From: Paracoccaceae bacterium
Lineage (GTDB): Bacteria; Pseudomonadota; Alphaproteobacteria; Rhodobacterales; Rhodobacteraceae
DNA length: 64,000 nucleotides
Assembly (NCBI GenBank): GCA_031412255.1
Contig: JANOCQ010000319.1
Span: 2,778 to 66,777, forward strand
Direction: 5' to 3'
Shown here: one piece after another, positions 1 to 9,674 of the stretch
How positions within the stretch are numbered: the stretch's first letter is position 1
Layout of the letters: every line of letters begins with the position of its first letter
Made by a program: the position numbers and the translations under genes
The notes under the pieces: generated by a model
Database searches by the model: none
What the model was told of the DNA's origin: nothing
The model's input: the letters and a program-made list of their open reading frames with translations, nothing else

Positions 1-66
1 GAGTGCGGCCGCGTAGGCGTCTGTGTCGTCGGCTGACGGGTCGGCAAGATGGGGAACGGCCAGCAT
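1..66 (-). CDS. 5' end of a gene running off the left edge (MLAVPHLADPSADDTDAYAAAL...), product unidentified
   Basis: The ATG at 66-64 overlaps the upstream TGA (TGATG coupling) and the frame is open to the edge. PEP carboxylase is expected from serine-cycle synteny, but this is inference only. Confidence 0.4.
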   Translation of the reverse strand, partial: MLAVPHLADPSADDTDAYAAAL

Positions 67-1037
67 CAGGCCACCCTGTCGCGGGGGGTGCGGCCGTCGA
101 AGAAGGCGGTCAGGTTTTCCAGGACGCGGAAGCCCATCGCTTCACGCGTTTCGCGGGTGGCCGAGCCGAGATGGGGAAGGAGGACGAGATTGTCGGCGTT
201 GAGGAGGGCGTCAGGGACCGACGGTTCGCGTTCGAAGACGTCAAGGCCCGCCCCGGCGATGGTTCCGAACCAGAGGGACTGGGCGAGCGCCTGTTCATCG
301 ACCACCTCTCCGCGCGCGGTGTTGATCAGGAAGGCGGAGGGCTTCATCAGGTCAAGACGGCGGGCGTTTATGAGGTGGCGGTTCGCCGGGCCGCCGGGGC
401 AGTGGAGCGAGACGAAGTCGCATTCCGGGAGGAGGTCTTCGATGGTCGGGACCTGGGTGGCGTTGTAGCGGGCGAGGACTTCTGGCGGCACGGGGGAGCG
501 ATTCTGGACGACGATCCGCATGCCGAAGCCGAAGTGCGCCCGTTGTGCCATTGCCTGACCGATGCGGCCGAAGCCGATTATGCCGAGGGTCGCGCCGGAG
601 ACCTTGGTGCCGATCAGGTGGGTCGGGCGCCAGCCGGTCCAGCGGCCCTCACGCAGCTCGCGCTCGCCTTCCCCTGCCCGGCGGGCGACCATGAGGAGAA
701 GCGTCATCGCGATGTCGGCGGTGCATTCCGAGAGCACGTCGGGGGTGTTGGTGACGGCGATCCCGCGGTCCTTGGCGGCCTGGGTGTCGATATGGGCGAA
801 GCCCACACCGTAGTTCGCAAGGATTTTCGTCCGGGGGCTGGTCTCGAAGACTGCCGCCGGAAGCTTGTCGGTGACGGTGGGGAGGATGGCGTCGTAGCGC
901 GTCATGGCGTTGCGGAACTCGTCCTGCGACAGCGGTTTGTCCGACTGATTGAGGTCGACGTCGAAGTTGGCAGCCATCTGCGCTTCGACGGCCTGCGGCC
1001 AGCGCCGCGTGACCAGGACCTTGGGCTTCAACATCAT
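66..1037 (-). CDS. D-2-hydroxyacid dehydrogenase (glyoxylate/hydroxypyruvate reductase family)
   Basis: GIIGFGRIG NAD(P) motif, LINTARG, AGLDVFEREP and PHLGSAT catalytic motifs. Confidence 0.9.
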   Translation of the reverse strand: MMLKPKVLVTRRWPQAVEAQMAANFDVDLNQSDKPLSQDEFRNAMTRYDAILPTVTDKLPAAVFETSPRTKILANYGVGFAHIDTQAAKDRGIAVTNTPDVLSECTADIAMTLLLMVARRAGEGERELREGRWTGWRPTHLIGTKVSGATLGIIGFGRIGQAMAQRAHFGFGMRIVVQNRSPVPPEVLARYNATQVPTIEDLLPECDFVSLHCPGGPANRHLINARRLDLMKPSAFLINTARGEVVDEQALAQSLWFGTIAGAGLDVFEREPSVPDALLNADNLVLLPHLGSATRETREAMGFRVLENLTAFFDGRTPRDRVA

Positions 1038-1052
1038 CCTCCCCTCCCCCCT

Positions 1053-1946
1053 TCAGGCGGCGCGCTTGGCCATGACCTTGGCCACGGTTTCGCCGATGAC
1101 CGAGGGGTTCTCGGCCACGGTAACTCCGGCGGCGGTCAGGATTTCCACCTTCTCGGACGCGCTTTCGCCAAAGGCCGAGATGATCGCGCCCGCATGGCCC
1201 ATCGTGCGGCCCTTCGGTGCGGTCAGGCCCGCGATGTAGGCGATGACCGGTTTGGTCATGTGGTTCTGGATGTATTCGGCGGCTTCGGCTTCCTGTGGGC
1301 CGCCGATCTCGCCGATCATGCAGACGATGTGGGTGTCGGGGTCGGTCTCGAACCGTTCCAGGATGTCGCGGAAGGACGAGCCGTTGATCGGGTCGCCGCC
1401 GATGCCGACGGAGGTCGAGATGCCGATGCCCCGGTCCTTCAGCTGCTGGGCGGCCTCATAGCCGAGGGTGCCCGAGCGGCTGACGATGCCGACATTGCCC
1501 TGCAAGTAGATGTGGCCGGGCATGATGCCCAGAAGCGCCTTGCCGGGGCTGATGGTGCCCGCGCAGTTCGGCCCCGTGAGGACCATGCGGCGTTCGCGGG
1601 GGTAGCGCATCATGTAACGCTTCACCCGGATCATGTCCTGCGCGGGGATGCCGTCGGTGATGCAGACGCAGTAGCGGATGCCCGCGTCGGCGGCTTCCAT
1701 GATGCTGTCGGCGGCAAACGGAGGCGGCACGAAGACGAGGGAGGTGTCGCAGCTCGTCGCCTCCACCGCCTCTTTCATCGTGTTGAAGACGGGCACGCCC
1801 ATCACGGTTTCGCCGCCCTTGCCGGGGACGACGCCCGCGACAACCTGGGTGCCGTAGTCGAGCATTTCCTTGGTGTGGAACTGCGCCATGCGGCCGGTGA
1901 TGCCCTGCACGACGACGCGGCTGGAACGGTCGAGAAAGATGCTCAT
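1053..1946 (-). CDS. mtkB: Malate-CoA ligase (malate thiokinase) alpha subunit, SucD family
   Basis: SucD fold with MGHAGA phospho-His motif. [20 protein letters not shown] and GIMPGHIY match recalled Methylobacterium MtkB better than SucD. Adjacent to mcl. Confidence 0.8.
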   Translation of the reverse strand: MSIFLDRSSRVVVQGITGRMAQFHTKEMLDYGTQVVAGVVPGKGGETVMGVPVFNTMKEAVEATSCDTSLVFVPPPFAADSIMEAADAGIRYCVCITDGIPAQDMIRVKRYMMRYPRERRMVLTGPNCAGTISPGKALLGIMPGHIYLQGNVGIVSRSGTLGYEAAQQLKDRGIGISTSVGIGGDPINGSSFRDILERFETDPDTHIVCMIGEIGGPQEAEAAEYIQNHMTKPVIAYIAGLTAPKGRTMGHAGAIISAFGESASEKVEILTAAGVTVAENPSVIGETVAKVMAKRAA

Positions 1947-3136
1947 CAGACGGCCCTCATCATTTGCTTGCGGTCGTTCTTCCAGGCGATCACGGCGCGC
2001 TCGGCGGCCTCCATCAGCGTGTTGGCGCGGATGATCGGCAGGCCGGATTGCGCAAGGATCTTCTGGCCTTCCTCGACGTTGGTGCCCGAGAGGCGGACGA
2101 TGACGGGCACGTCCACCGGTTCGGCGCGCAGGGCCTGGACGACGCCTTCGGCCACCCAGTCGCAGCGGTTGATGCCGGCGAAGATGTTGACCAGCACCGC
2201 CTGCACGTTCTTGTCGGACATCACCAGCCGGAAGGCCTTGGCGACGCGTTCGGGGGTTGCCCCGCCGCCGATGTCGAGGAAGTTGGCGGGCTCACCCCCG
2301 GCCAGCTTGATCGTGTCCATCGTCGCCATCGCAAGGCCCGCGCCGTTCACGATGCAGCCGATGTTGCCGGAAAGGCCGATGTAGGCGAGGCCCCGGTCGG
2401 CGGCCCGGCTTTCGCGCGGGTCCTCCTGGGATTTGTCGCGGAGTTCCGCGATTTGCGGGTGGCGGAAGAGGGCGTTGGTGTCGAAGGTCATCTTCGCGTC
2501 CAAGGCCAGGATGCGGTTGTCGGCGGTGATGACCAGCGGGTTGATTTCCACCATCGTCGCATCCAGGTCGCGGAAGGCGCGGTAGCAGCCTTGCAGCGTG
2601 CGGACCATCTGCTGTGTCAGCGCGGCGGGGATGCCAAGCTTGTAGGCGATCTCGCGCGCCTGGAATTCCTGCAACCCGACCGCGGGTTCGATGGAGGAGC
2701 GCACGATGGACTCCGGGCGTGAGGCCGAGATTTCCTCGATCTCCATCCCGCCTTCCGAGGAGGCGACGATCATCACCCGCTGCGACGAGCGGTCGAGGAC
2801 GAAACCAAGGTAGATCTCACGGTTGAAGGCGACGGCGGCTTCGACGTAAACGCGGTAGATGCCCTTGCCTTCGGCGCCGGTCTGGTGCGTCACGATCTTG
2901 CGGCCGAACATGCCTTCGGTCGCCTCGTGGATGTCGTGTTCCGAGTTGCAGAGCTTGACGCCCCCCGCCTTGCCGCGGCCCCCGGCATGGACCTGGGCCT
3001 TGACGATCCAGCGGTCGCCCCCCAGTTCCCGCGCCCGGTATGCCGCCTGTTCAGGGCTGTAGGCCAGCGCGCCCGCAGGCACGGCGACGCCGAACTTGGC
3101 AAGGATTTCCTTGGCCTGATATTCGTGGATGTCCAT
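1946..3136 (-). CDS. mtkA: Malate-CoA ligase beta subunit, SucC family
   Basis: [10 protein letters not shown] start, [37 protein letters not shown] (MtkA-type). TGATG overlap with mtkB. Confidence 0.8.
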   Translation of the reverse strand: MDIHEYQAKEILAKFGVAVPAGALAYSPEQAAYRARELGGDRWIVKAQVHAGGRGKAGGVKLCNSEHDIHEATEGMFGRKIVTHQTGAEGKGIYRVYVEAAVAFNREIYLGFVLDRSSQRVMIVASSEGGMEIEEISASRPESIVRSSIEPAVGLQEFQAREIAYKLGIPAALTQQMVRTLQGCYRAFRDLDATMVEINPLVITADNRILALDAKMTFDTNALFRHPQIAELRDKSQEDPRESRAADRGLAYIGLSGNIGCIVNGAGLAMATMDTIKLAGGEPANFLDIGGGATPERVAKAFRLVMSDKNVQAVLVNIFAGINRCDWVAEGVVQALRAEPVDVPVIVRLSGTNVEEGQKILAQSGLPIIRANTLMEAAERAVIAWKNDRKQMMRAV

Positions 3137-3148
3137 AGGTTCCTCCCG

Positions 3149-4395
3149 TTATTCGGCGGCCAGAGCGGCGGCGTAGTGGGTTTCCAGCGCATTGAGCGCC
3201 TGCCCTACATCGACATTTGCGCCCATCGCGTTCATCTCGTTGGCGAAGCGCGTCACGATTTCGGTGATCGCGGCTTCGGAAAGCTGATTCAGGATGCCGA
3301 TGCGGACCTGCACGGGTTCCGACAGGGTCGGCCAGATGCCGAAGCCCTTGGCGCGGGCCGAGGCCACCAGTTCCTTTTCGCGGCCAGCCAGGGAGCCGGG
3401 CAGGTTCAGGACAACGAGGCTGGTCATGTTGGACGTGACCTCGCAGCCAAGCGCCTGAACGGCGGCGCGCAGTGCTGCCTCGTGGTGGGCGTAGTCGGCG
3501 GCCTTCTGGGAGCGACCGTGCTGCAGGTTGATCCGCAGCGCCTCATGGAAAGCCGCGACGGCATAGCCCGAATGGGTGCGGTGATAGGTGCCCGCGCCTA
3601 CGTCCTTGCCGTCGACGATGCCCCAGTGGCGGGCCTCGAAGATCGGGTTGTGGACGAAAGTGTAGCAGCCGTTTTCCCGCAGGTGGGTGATGTAGCGGTC
3701 GGTGAAGCTGACCGGGGCGTAGGTCAAGGGCAGGCAAAGGACGCCCTTCTGCGGGCAGGAGGCCCAGCCGACGACGCCGGGGAAGTCGTCGATGGCGAAG
3801 TCCTCGATCCCGAGGGAGGAGACGGCGTCAACGAGGCCCATCACGTTGTGCTTGAGGCAGGCGTCGGAGAACCCCTGGATGTCGTTGATCCGACCCGAGC
3901 CGGTTTCCCAATGCGCCATCGTGGCCCAGGTCGGTTTGTGCTGCGCGAGGGCCCTTTCGATGATGTCCTCGGTGACCGACTGTCCGTGCGGAACCTGGAT
4001 GACGGTAACGCAGGCGGGCTTCGGGTCCAGCGCGTTGGCCTTCAGGTCTTCACGGGTCGCGGCGCGGGTGCGGACGGTCAGTGCGTCGATGCCGGAGAAG
4101 GTGCCGTTCACGAAGCAGACCACTGTGTCGCCCGGCAGGATGGCGGAGAAGAGGGCGTCAAGCCCGCTCCATCCCGTGCCGGCCACGCCGAATGTGTAGG
4201 TGTTCTTCGTACCCTGACCTGCCGCAGCATGTGCTTGCACTCGATCATGCCGCGCAGGACGTCGGCCTGCATATGGTCGGCAAGACCCGCGTTGGCGAAG
4301 CTTGCCAGAACCCGCGCATCAGTATTGCCAGGACCGGGGCCGGCGGCCAAAGTCTCGGGAATGACAAGTTGGGGGAAAAGTTCGGTATCGGTCAT
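3149..4395 (-). CDS. PLP class V aminotransferase (serine:glyoxylate aminotransferase-like), frameshifted near 4212-4216
   Basis: The N-terminal frame (MTDTELF..AAGPGPGNTD..HMLRQV) continues in the -1 frame as GTKNTYTFGVAGTGWSGLD. DAVSSLG and SCPQKG (PLP Lys) motifs. One added base gives ~415 aa. Confidence 0.75.
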
Positions 4396-4574
4396 GCGGC
4401 GCCCCTCCCAAGGCCTGTGGCGTTTGGACCGTCGTCTGGGCGGGACCTGCGACGCTTCCGGGTGCAGCGGAAGAAAGTGTCGTGAAGGTCTGCCTGGACG
4501 TTGGTCCTTGACGCTTAGGAAAGCGGCAGTCGACAAATCTCGCAACAGTCGTATATCCTGCCAATGGATATCTA

Positions 4575-4647
4575 TTTGGGTGGTGTTCAACCCACCCGAA
4601 GCGGTGGATATACGGCGGTATACCGAAGTTACCCGCCTAAATGGGTA
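4575..4647. promoter_or_regulatory. Palindrome cluster (candidate operators) in the divergent aminotransferase/LuxR promoter
   Basis: tttgggtgg..ccacccgaa (4575-4600), cggtataccg (4616-4625) and taccc-N8-gggta (4630-4647), with a recurring GGGTRG half-site. Confidence 0.45.
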
Positions 4648-4663
4648 GGGTCAGGGGCGTCTA

Positions 4664-5311
4664 ATGGCACTTTGGGATGACGAACAGAAGGTGGTAGCGG
4701 TAACGCTGATGCTGGCGGACGCGAACCCGCTGATGCTGGCAGCGATGTCCGAGATCTTCGAGAAAGACCGCCGATTCTCTTTGGTGGCGACAGCGGCCAC
4801 CGCAGAGGGGTTCCTGGGCATGGCCATGCGGATGCCGGTCCAGGTGGGGGTGATCGACTGGAACCTGCCCGCCTTGGGCGGCGCGCGGCTGATTGATGTG
4901 CTGCGCACGCAGGCGAACGCCCCCCGGCTGGTGGTCTATGCCGAAGATACCGGGGACATCCCCAGGAAGGCGATGGCGGCGGGGGCTGCGGGGTTCGTCT
5001 CACGCTCCGAATCGGTGGAACGGCTGTTGGAGACCTGCGCGGCGGTGGCGAAGGGGCAGATGGTGTTCCCCTTCCTGGACATACGCGGGCTGAAGCAGGA
5101 CCCAATTGAATCGCTGTCGCCCCGGGAACGCACCCTTCTGGAGGCTTTGTCGAAGGGGCTGACCAACCGGGAGCTCGCGCGCGACTTGGAAATCAGCGCG
5201 AATACGGTGAAATTTCACCTGTCGAACCTGTTCGAAAAGCTGTCGGTCAAGAACCGGGCGCAGGCGATTGCCTTCTACTATTCCAACCGGGAGTCACGAG
5301 GCGGGATGTAG
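4664..5311 (+). CDS. NarL/LuxR-family response regulator with atypical receiver
   Basis: Receiver-like N-terminus (IDWNLP) and LuxR HTH LSPRERTLL..GLTNRELA..ISANTVKFHLSNLFEKL. Confidence 0.9.
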   Translation: MALWDDEQKVVAVTLMLADANPLMLAAMSEIFEKDRRFSLVATAATAEGFLGMAMRMPVQVGVIDWNLPALGGARLIDVLRTQANAPRLVVYAEDTGDIPRKAMAAGAAGFVSRSESVERLLETCAAVAKGQMVFPFLDIRGLKQDPIESLSPRERTLLEALSKGLTNRELARDLEISANTVKFHLSNLFEKLSVKNRAQAIAFYYSNRESRGGM

Positions 5312-5392
5312 GCGTGCATTTTCCGGCTTGACGAAAGGGACCCGCTTCGCCGATGCCTAGGGCGGGTGCAGCTCCTGACTTAGGAGCCCAAC

Positions 5393-6370
5393 ATGTCTTT
5401 CCACGTCATCACACAGGCCCCCGCGCGCCTGAACCGTAGCGAGCTGGCCGTTCCGGGCAGCGCCCCCCAGATGTTCGAAAAGGCCGCCGCGTCGGACGCG
5501 GACGTGATCTTCCTGGACCTGGAAGACGCCGTCGCCCCGGACGACAAGCCGCAGGCGCGCAAGAATATCATCAAGGCGCTGAACGAGGTCGACTGGGGCA
5601 AGAAGACCATGTCGGTGCGGATCAATGGCCTCGACACCCACTTCATGTACCGCGACGTGGTGGATGTGGTGGAGCAGGCCGGGGAGCGGTTGGACCTGAT
5701 CATGATCCCGAAGGTCGGGACGGCCGCGGATGTCTATGCGGTGGACATGATGGTCACGCAGATCGAGGACGCGAAGGGCTTGAAGAAGCGGATCGGGTTC
5801 GAGCATATCATCGAGACGGCGCTGGGGATGCAGAACGTCACCGAGATCGCGGGGGCGTCGAAGCGGAATGAGAGCCTGCACTTCGGGGTGGCGGATTATG
5901 CGGCCTCGACCCGCGCGCGGACGACGATCATCGGCGGGGTGAACCCGGATTATTCGGTGCTGACCGACAAGCTGGAGGACGGCTCCCGCGCGGTCCATTG
6001 GGGCGATATGTGGCACTATGCGCTGGCCCGGATGGTGGTGGCGGCTCGGGCGAACGGGCTGCGGCCGGTGGATGGGCCGTTCGGGGACTTTTCAGACCCG
6101 GACGGATACCGTGCGGCGGCGAAGCGGGCGGCGGTGCTGGGCTGCGAGGGGAAGTGGGCGATCCATCCGTCGCAGATCGGACTGGCCAACGAGGTGATGA
6201 GCCCGTCGGAGGCCGAGGTCACGCGGGCGCAGCGGATCCTGGAGGCGATGGAAAAGGCGGCGGCGGAAGGCAAGGGGGCCGTTTCGCTGGACGGGCGGCT
6301 GATCGACTACGCCTCGATCCGGCAGGCGGAGGTGCTGGTCCAGAAGGCCCGGCAGATCGCGGGTGCCTGA
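5393..6370 (+). CDS. mcl: L-malyl-CoA/beta-methylmalyl-CoA lyase
   Basis: RSELAVPGS, DVIFLDLEDAVAPDDK, FGVADYAASTRAR, DGPFGDFSDPDG and GKWAIHPSQI closely match recalled Methylobacterium Mcl. Confidence 0.88.
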   Translation: MSFHVITQAPARLNRSELAVPGSAPQMFEKAAASDADVIFLDLEDAVAPDDKPQARKNIIKALNEVDWGKKTMSVRINGLDTHFMYRDVVDVVEQAGERLDLIMIPKVGTAADVYAVDMMVTQIEDAKGLKKRIGFEHIIETALGMQNVTEIAGASKRNESLHFGVADYAASTRARTTIIGGVNPDYSVLTDKLEDGSRAVHWGDMWHYALARMVVAARANGLRPVDGPFGDFSDPDGYRAAAKRAAVLGCEGKWAIHPSQIGLANEVMSPSEAEVTRAQRILEAMEKAAAEGKGAVSLDGRLIDYASIRQAEVLVQKARQIAGA

Positions 6371-6375
6371 TGGGC

Positions 6376-6423
6376 TGCCCGCGCGTGGGCAGCTTTGCGG
6401 ACACAAGGATATCAAGGGGTTGG
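6376..6423. repeat. Dispersed repeat family B, copy 1 (tgcccgcgcgtgggcag...atcaagggNttg)
   Basis: Collinear with 62721-62768, 39/48 identical by eye, with a 17-bp exact core containing a hairpin. Confidence 0.75.
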
Positions 6424-6586
6424 TTGCGGGCGTTTACCGGCCGTTAACCTGAGTGAAGCGGGCCGGGGGAGCGATCCCCTGGCCCGGTTGCGTTGGGTTC
6501 TGAGTTCTGGAGAGGTTCACCACCCCCTCCACGCAAAGGGGAGGGGAGGCGCGGATGCGCAGGGTCGCGCCTGCTGCATGGGCGGC

Positions 6587-6625
6587 GGGTGCCTCCGGCA
6601 GGGAAGTTTGGGCAAAGATGAAAGG
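6587..6625 (+). repeat. Dispersed repeat family C (cctccggcaggga.gtttgggcaaagatgaa)
   Basis: Shares the ccc..gggata.tt.g..aagat.a core with 33654-33702 and 45644-45693. Confidence 0.5.
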
Positions 6626-6643
6626 TGGCGGGACTGATCGGTG

Positions 6644-7000
6644 TCAGTCGACCGGAATCAGAGCCACGGCGACGCGGCGGCCTTCGCCGAGGAGGACGTT
6701 GTAGGTGCGCGCGGCCGTGGGCGAGGCCATGACCTCGACCCCGATCCCCTGCCCTTCCAGTGCCGCGCGAAACCCGGCAGGCACGTGAGCGATGCTGGTG
6801 CCAGTGCCCACGAACAGGACGTCAATCTTGTCCACCAGGCTGAGGGGTGCTGCGGTATCCTCGAAGCCGCCCCAGGGGCCGGCGTCCCAGGGCGTGATCA
6901 GGCAGGGGCCGCGGAAGATGTGCCCGGCCACGCGGAAGAAGCCGGGTCCGTAACCCTCGATCGCCTTGGCCGTGCCGTAGGTGACTTCGGTCAGCCGCAT
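6644..7000 (-). CDS. Mth938-like domain protein
   Basis: DVLFVGTG and EVMASPTAARTYNVLLGEGRRVA motifs. Usual position downstream of secF. Confidence 0.85.
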   Translation of the reverse strand: MRLTEVTYGTAKAIEGYGPGFFRVAGHIFRGPCLITPWDAGPWGGFEDTAAPLSLVDKIDVLFVGTGTSIAHVPAGFRAALEGQGIGVEVMASPTAARTYNVLLGEGRRVAVALIPVD

Positions 7001-7009
7001 CAGGCCCCC

Positions 7010-7987
7010 TTACGCATCCACGTTGGCGAACTCGCCCTTGCCGGGCTTCTTCGTCTTGTCGGTCCGGTCCACGCCCAGCATCAGGACGATGTTCTTGGCC
7101 ATGTAGAGCGTCGAGTAGGTGCCCAGCACCACGCCCAGAAGCATCGCAAAGACGAAGCCACGGATCACGTCGCCGCCAAAGATGAAGAGGACCATGAGCG
7201 AGATGAAGGTGGTTGAGGCGGTCATGATCGTGCGGCTCAGTGTCTCGTTCGCGGTGAGGTTCATCATTTCGCGAAGGGGCATCTGCTTGTATTTGGCAAG
7301 ATTCTCGCGCAGGCGGTCGAAGATGACCACGGTGTCGTTGACCGAATAGCCCAGGATCGTCAGCAACGCTGCGACGATGGTCAGGTCGAACTTGATCTGG
7401 AAGAGCGCAAAGATGCCAACGGTCACCAGCACGTCATGGACAAGCGCGGCAACCGTCCCCACGGCGAACTGCCATTCGAAGCGGGCCCAGACATAAGCCA
7501 GGATGCCGATGGCCCCGGCCACGACGGCCAAGAGCGCCGAGGTGATCAGTTCCTGACTGACTTTCGGGCCGACGGATTCGACCGACGGGAACGTGATGCC
7601 CGGGTCAATCTTCTGAAGAGCGGTCTCGACCTCGGCGATCACTTCCGGGGTCACGGATTCCTCGCCCTCGCGCGCGGAGAGGCGGATCATGGCGACGTGC
7701 TGGTCCTCGCGGAACGACGGATCGAAGACCTGCGTGATTGACACGTCACCAGCATCGACGTTGGACAGTGCCTCACGATAGTCGCCGACATCCACGGCAA
7801 CTGTGGATTCGGTCCGGATCGTGGTGCCACCGCGGAAGTCGATGCCGAAGTTCAGGCCCATGGTGAAGATCAGCACCAGGGACGCAACCATGGCAAAGAT
7901 CGAGCTACCGAACGTGGCCCACTGGATGGCAAAGAAGTTGATGTTGGTCTTTTCGGGAACCAGCCGCAGGCGCCAGGCCATCTTCAT
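7010..7987 (-). CDS. secF: Protein translocase subunit SecF
   Basis: GLNFGIDFRGG, VESVGPKVS, GYSVNDTVVIFDRLRE. Confidence 0.97.
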   Translation of the reverse strand: MKMAWRLRLVPEKTNINFFAIQWATFGSSIFAMVASLVLIFTMGLNFGIDFRGGTTIRTESTVAVDVGDYREALSNVDAGDVSITQVFDPSFREDQHVAMIRLSAREGEESVTPEVIAEVETALQKIDPGITFPSVESVGPKVSQELITSALLAVVAGAIGILAYVWARFEWQFAVGTVAALVHDVLVTVGIFALFQIKFDLTIVAALLTILGYSVNDTVVIFDRLRENLAKYKQMPLREMMNLTANETLSRTIMTASTTFISLMVLFIFGGDVIRGFVFAMLLGVVLGTYSTLYMAKNIVLMLGVDRTDKTKKPGKGEFANVDA

Positions 7988-7996
7988 ATCCTCCGG

Positions 7997-9664
7997 TCAG
8001 ACCACAATCGTCTTGGGACGCTTCCAGTCGACGTATGTCTCGACGATCAAGCGGGTAACGTAGACGGCCGTAAACATGGACGTGAGGATCCCCAGGCCAA
8101 GCGTGACGGCAAATCCCCGCACTGCGCCAGAACCGAGCCAGTACATGATGATCGCGGTCAGGAAACCTGTCACGTTCGAGTCCATGATTGCGGAGAAGGC
8201 GCGGTCGAAGCCTTCGGCAATGGCGCGGCGCGGGTTGGCGCCTTCGCGAAGTTCTTCTCGCATCCGTTCGAAGATCAGCACGTTCGCGTCGACTGCCATC
8301 CCCATGGTCAGCACGATGCCGGCTATCCCCGGAAGGGTCAGGGTGGCACCGATGGCCGACAGGACCGCCATGATCAGCGCAATGTTGATCGCCAGGGCGA
8401 TGTTGGCGAACACCCCAAAAATGCCGTAGCTGGCGACCATGTAGACTGCGACGGCGACCATGCCGATCAGCGCGGCGGTGCGCCCGGCGTCGATCGAGTC
8501 CTGGCCAAGCTCGGGGCCGATGGTGCGTTCTTCCAGAAAGGTCATCTCGGCGGGAAGCGCACCGGCGCGCAGCAACACCGCAAGACGGGTCGATTCATCG
8601 ACGTCGAAGTTGCCGGTGATGATGCCCGAGCCACCTGGAATGTGGCTTTGGATCACCGGTGCAGAGATGACCTCGTCGTCCAGCACGATGGCGAAGGGCG
8701 CGCCGATGTTGGCGGCGGTGTAATCACCGAACTTGCGGGCACCGGTGGTGTCGAAGCGGAAGCTGACTGCGGGAGTCCCGTTCTGGTCGAAGGAGGGCTG
8801 GGCGTCGACCAGATCCTCACCCGACACGACGGGGCTTTGTTCGACGATGTAGTAAACCCCGTCTTCGTCCATCGAAGGCAGAAGCACGTTGCGCGGGCCG
8901 GGTGTGGCGCCTGCGTCGGTCGTGCGGCTGATGACGGCGTTGAAGGTAAGCTGCGCGGTCTGGCCGATCAGTTCTTTCAGTTCTTGTGCCGATCCGATGC
9001 CCGGAACCTGGATCAGCACCCGGTCCTCGCCCTGGCGCTGGATCGTGGGCTCGCGTGTCCCCGCCTCGTCGACACGGCGGCGGATGATTTCCAGCGACTG
9101 CTGAAGCGTGCGTTCGTCGGTGGCCTGCTTTTCAGCCGCGGAGAGCTGGACGACGATGTCGTTGCCTTCGGAGGTGACGTCGATGGTGCTTTCGCCGACC
9201 CCGGTCAGGCTGACGACGCTGGAACCCAGGCCACGCACGGCCTCGACAGCCGCAGCCATCCCTTCGGGAATCGAGATTGTCACCCGCAACACATCATCAG
9301 GGGAAGGCGCACGGCGCACGGCACCGACCTGATCGCGCAGGTCGCGAAGGACATCGCGGACCTCCGGCCAGAGGCCGTCGATGCGGGTCTTGTAGACGTC
9401 CGCAACCTGGACTTCGGCCAGAAGATGCGCACCGCCGCGAAGGTCGAGGCCGAGGTTCATCAGAGCCGAGGGCAGAAAACCGGGCCATTCGGCCGCAGTC
9501 GCAGTCTGTTCGGCGGTCGCGGTGCCCCCGGCGGCCTCGATGGCGGTGACGGCGTCGTTATGGCGTTCGACCTGCGCATAGAAGAGGTTCGGGACCGCCG
9601 CCAGGATACCCCAGCCGCAGACCAACAGGATGAGAACGCGCTTCCACAGCGCCATAGATTCCAT
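7997..9664 (-). CDS. secD: Protein translocase subunit SecD
   Basis: LGLDLRGG, IGPELGQDSI, TLTLPGIAGIVLTMGMAVDANVLIFER. Confidence 0.97.
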   Translation of the reverse strand: MESMALWKRVLILLVCGWGILAAVPNLFYAQVERHNDAVTAIEAAGGTATAEQTATAAEWPGFLPSALMNLGLDLRGGAHLLAEVQVADVYKTRIDGLWPEVRDVLRDLRDQVGAVRRAPSPDDVLRVTISIPEGMAAAVEAVRGLGSSVVSLTGVGESTIDVTSEGNDIVVQLSAAEKQATDERTLQQSLEIIRRRVDEAGTREPTIQRQGEDRVLIQVPGIGSAQELKELIGQTAQLTFNAVISRTTDAGATPGPRNVLLPSMDEDGVYYIVEQSPVVSGEDLVDAQPSFDQNGTPAVSFRFDTTGARKFGDYTAANIGAPFAIVLDDEVISAPVIQSHIPGGSGIITGNFDVDESTRLAVLLRAGALPAEMTFLEERTIGPELGQDSIDAGRTAALIGMVAVAVYMVASYGIFGVFANIALAINIALIMAVLSAIGATLTLPGIAGIVLTMGMAVDANVLIFERMREELREGANPRRAIAEGFDRAFSAIMDSNVTGFLTAIIMYWLGSGAVRGFAVTLGLGILTSMFTAVYVTRLIVETYVDWKRPKTIVV

Positions 9665-9674
9665 GATTATGGGC

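Noticed and set aside
3-2384. 793-aa plus-strand ORF, and similar long ORFs at 2885-4648, 12303-14786, 17632-19365 and 25463-28603
   Set aside because: These are antisense shadows of well-supported minus-strand genes in high-GC DNA and show no recognisable motifs.
1053-3136. Calling the CoA ligase pair sucCD
   Set aside because: The sequence signatures and the mcl/aminotransferase context fit malate thiokinase better, and no sucAB/mdh is adjacent. A phylogeny would be decisive.
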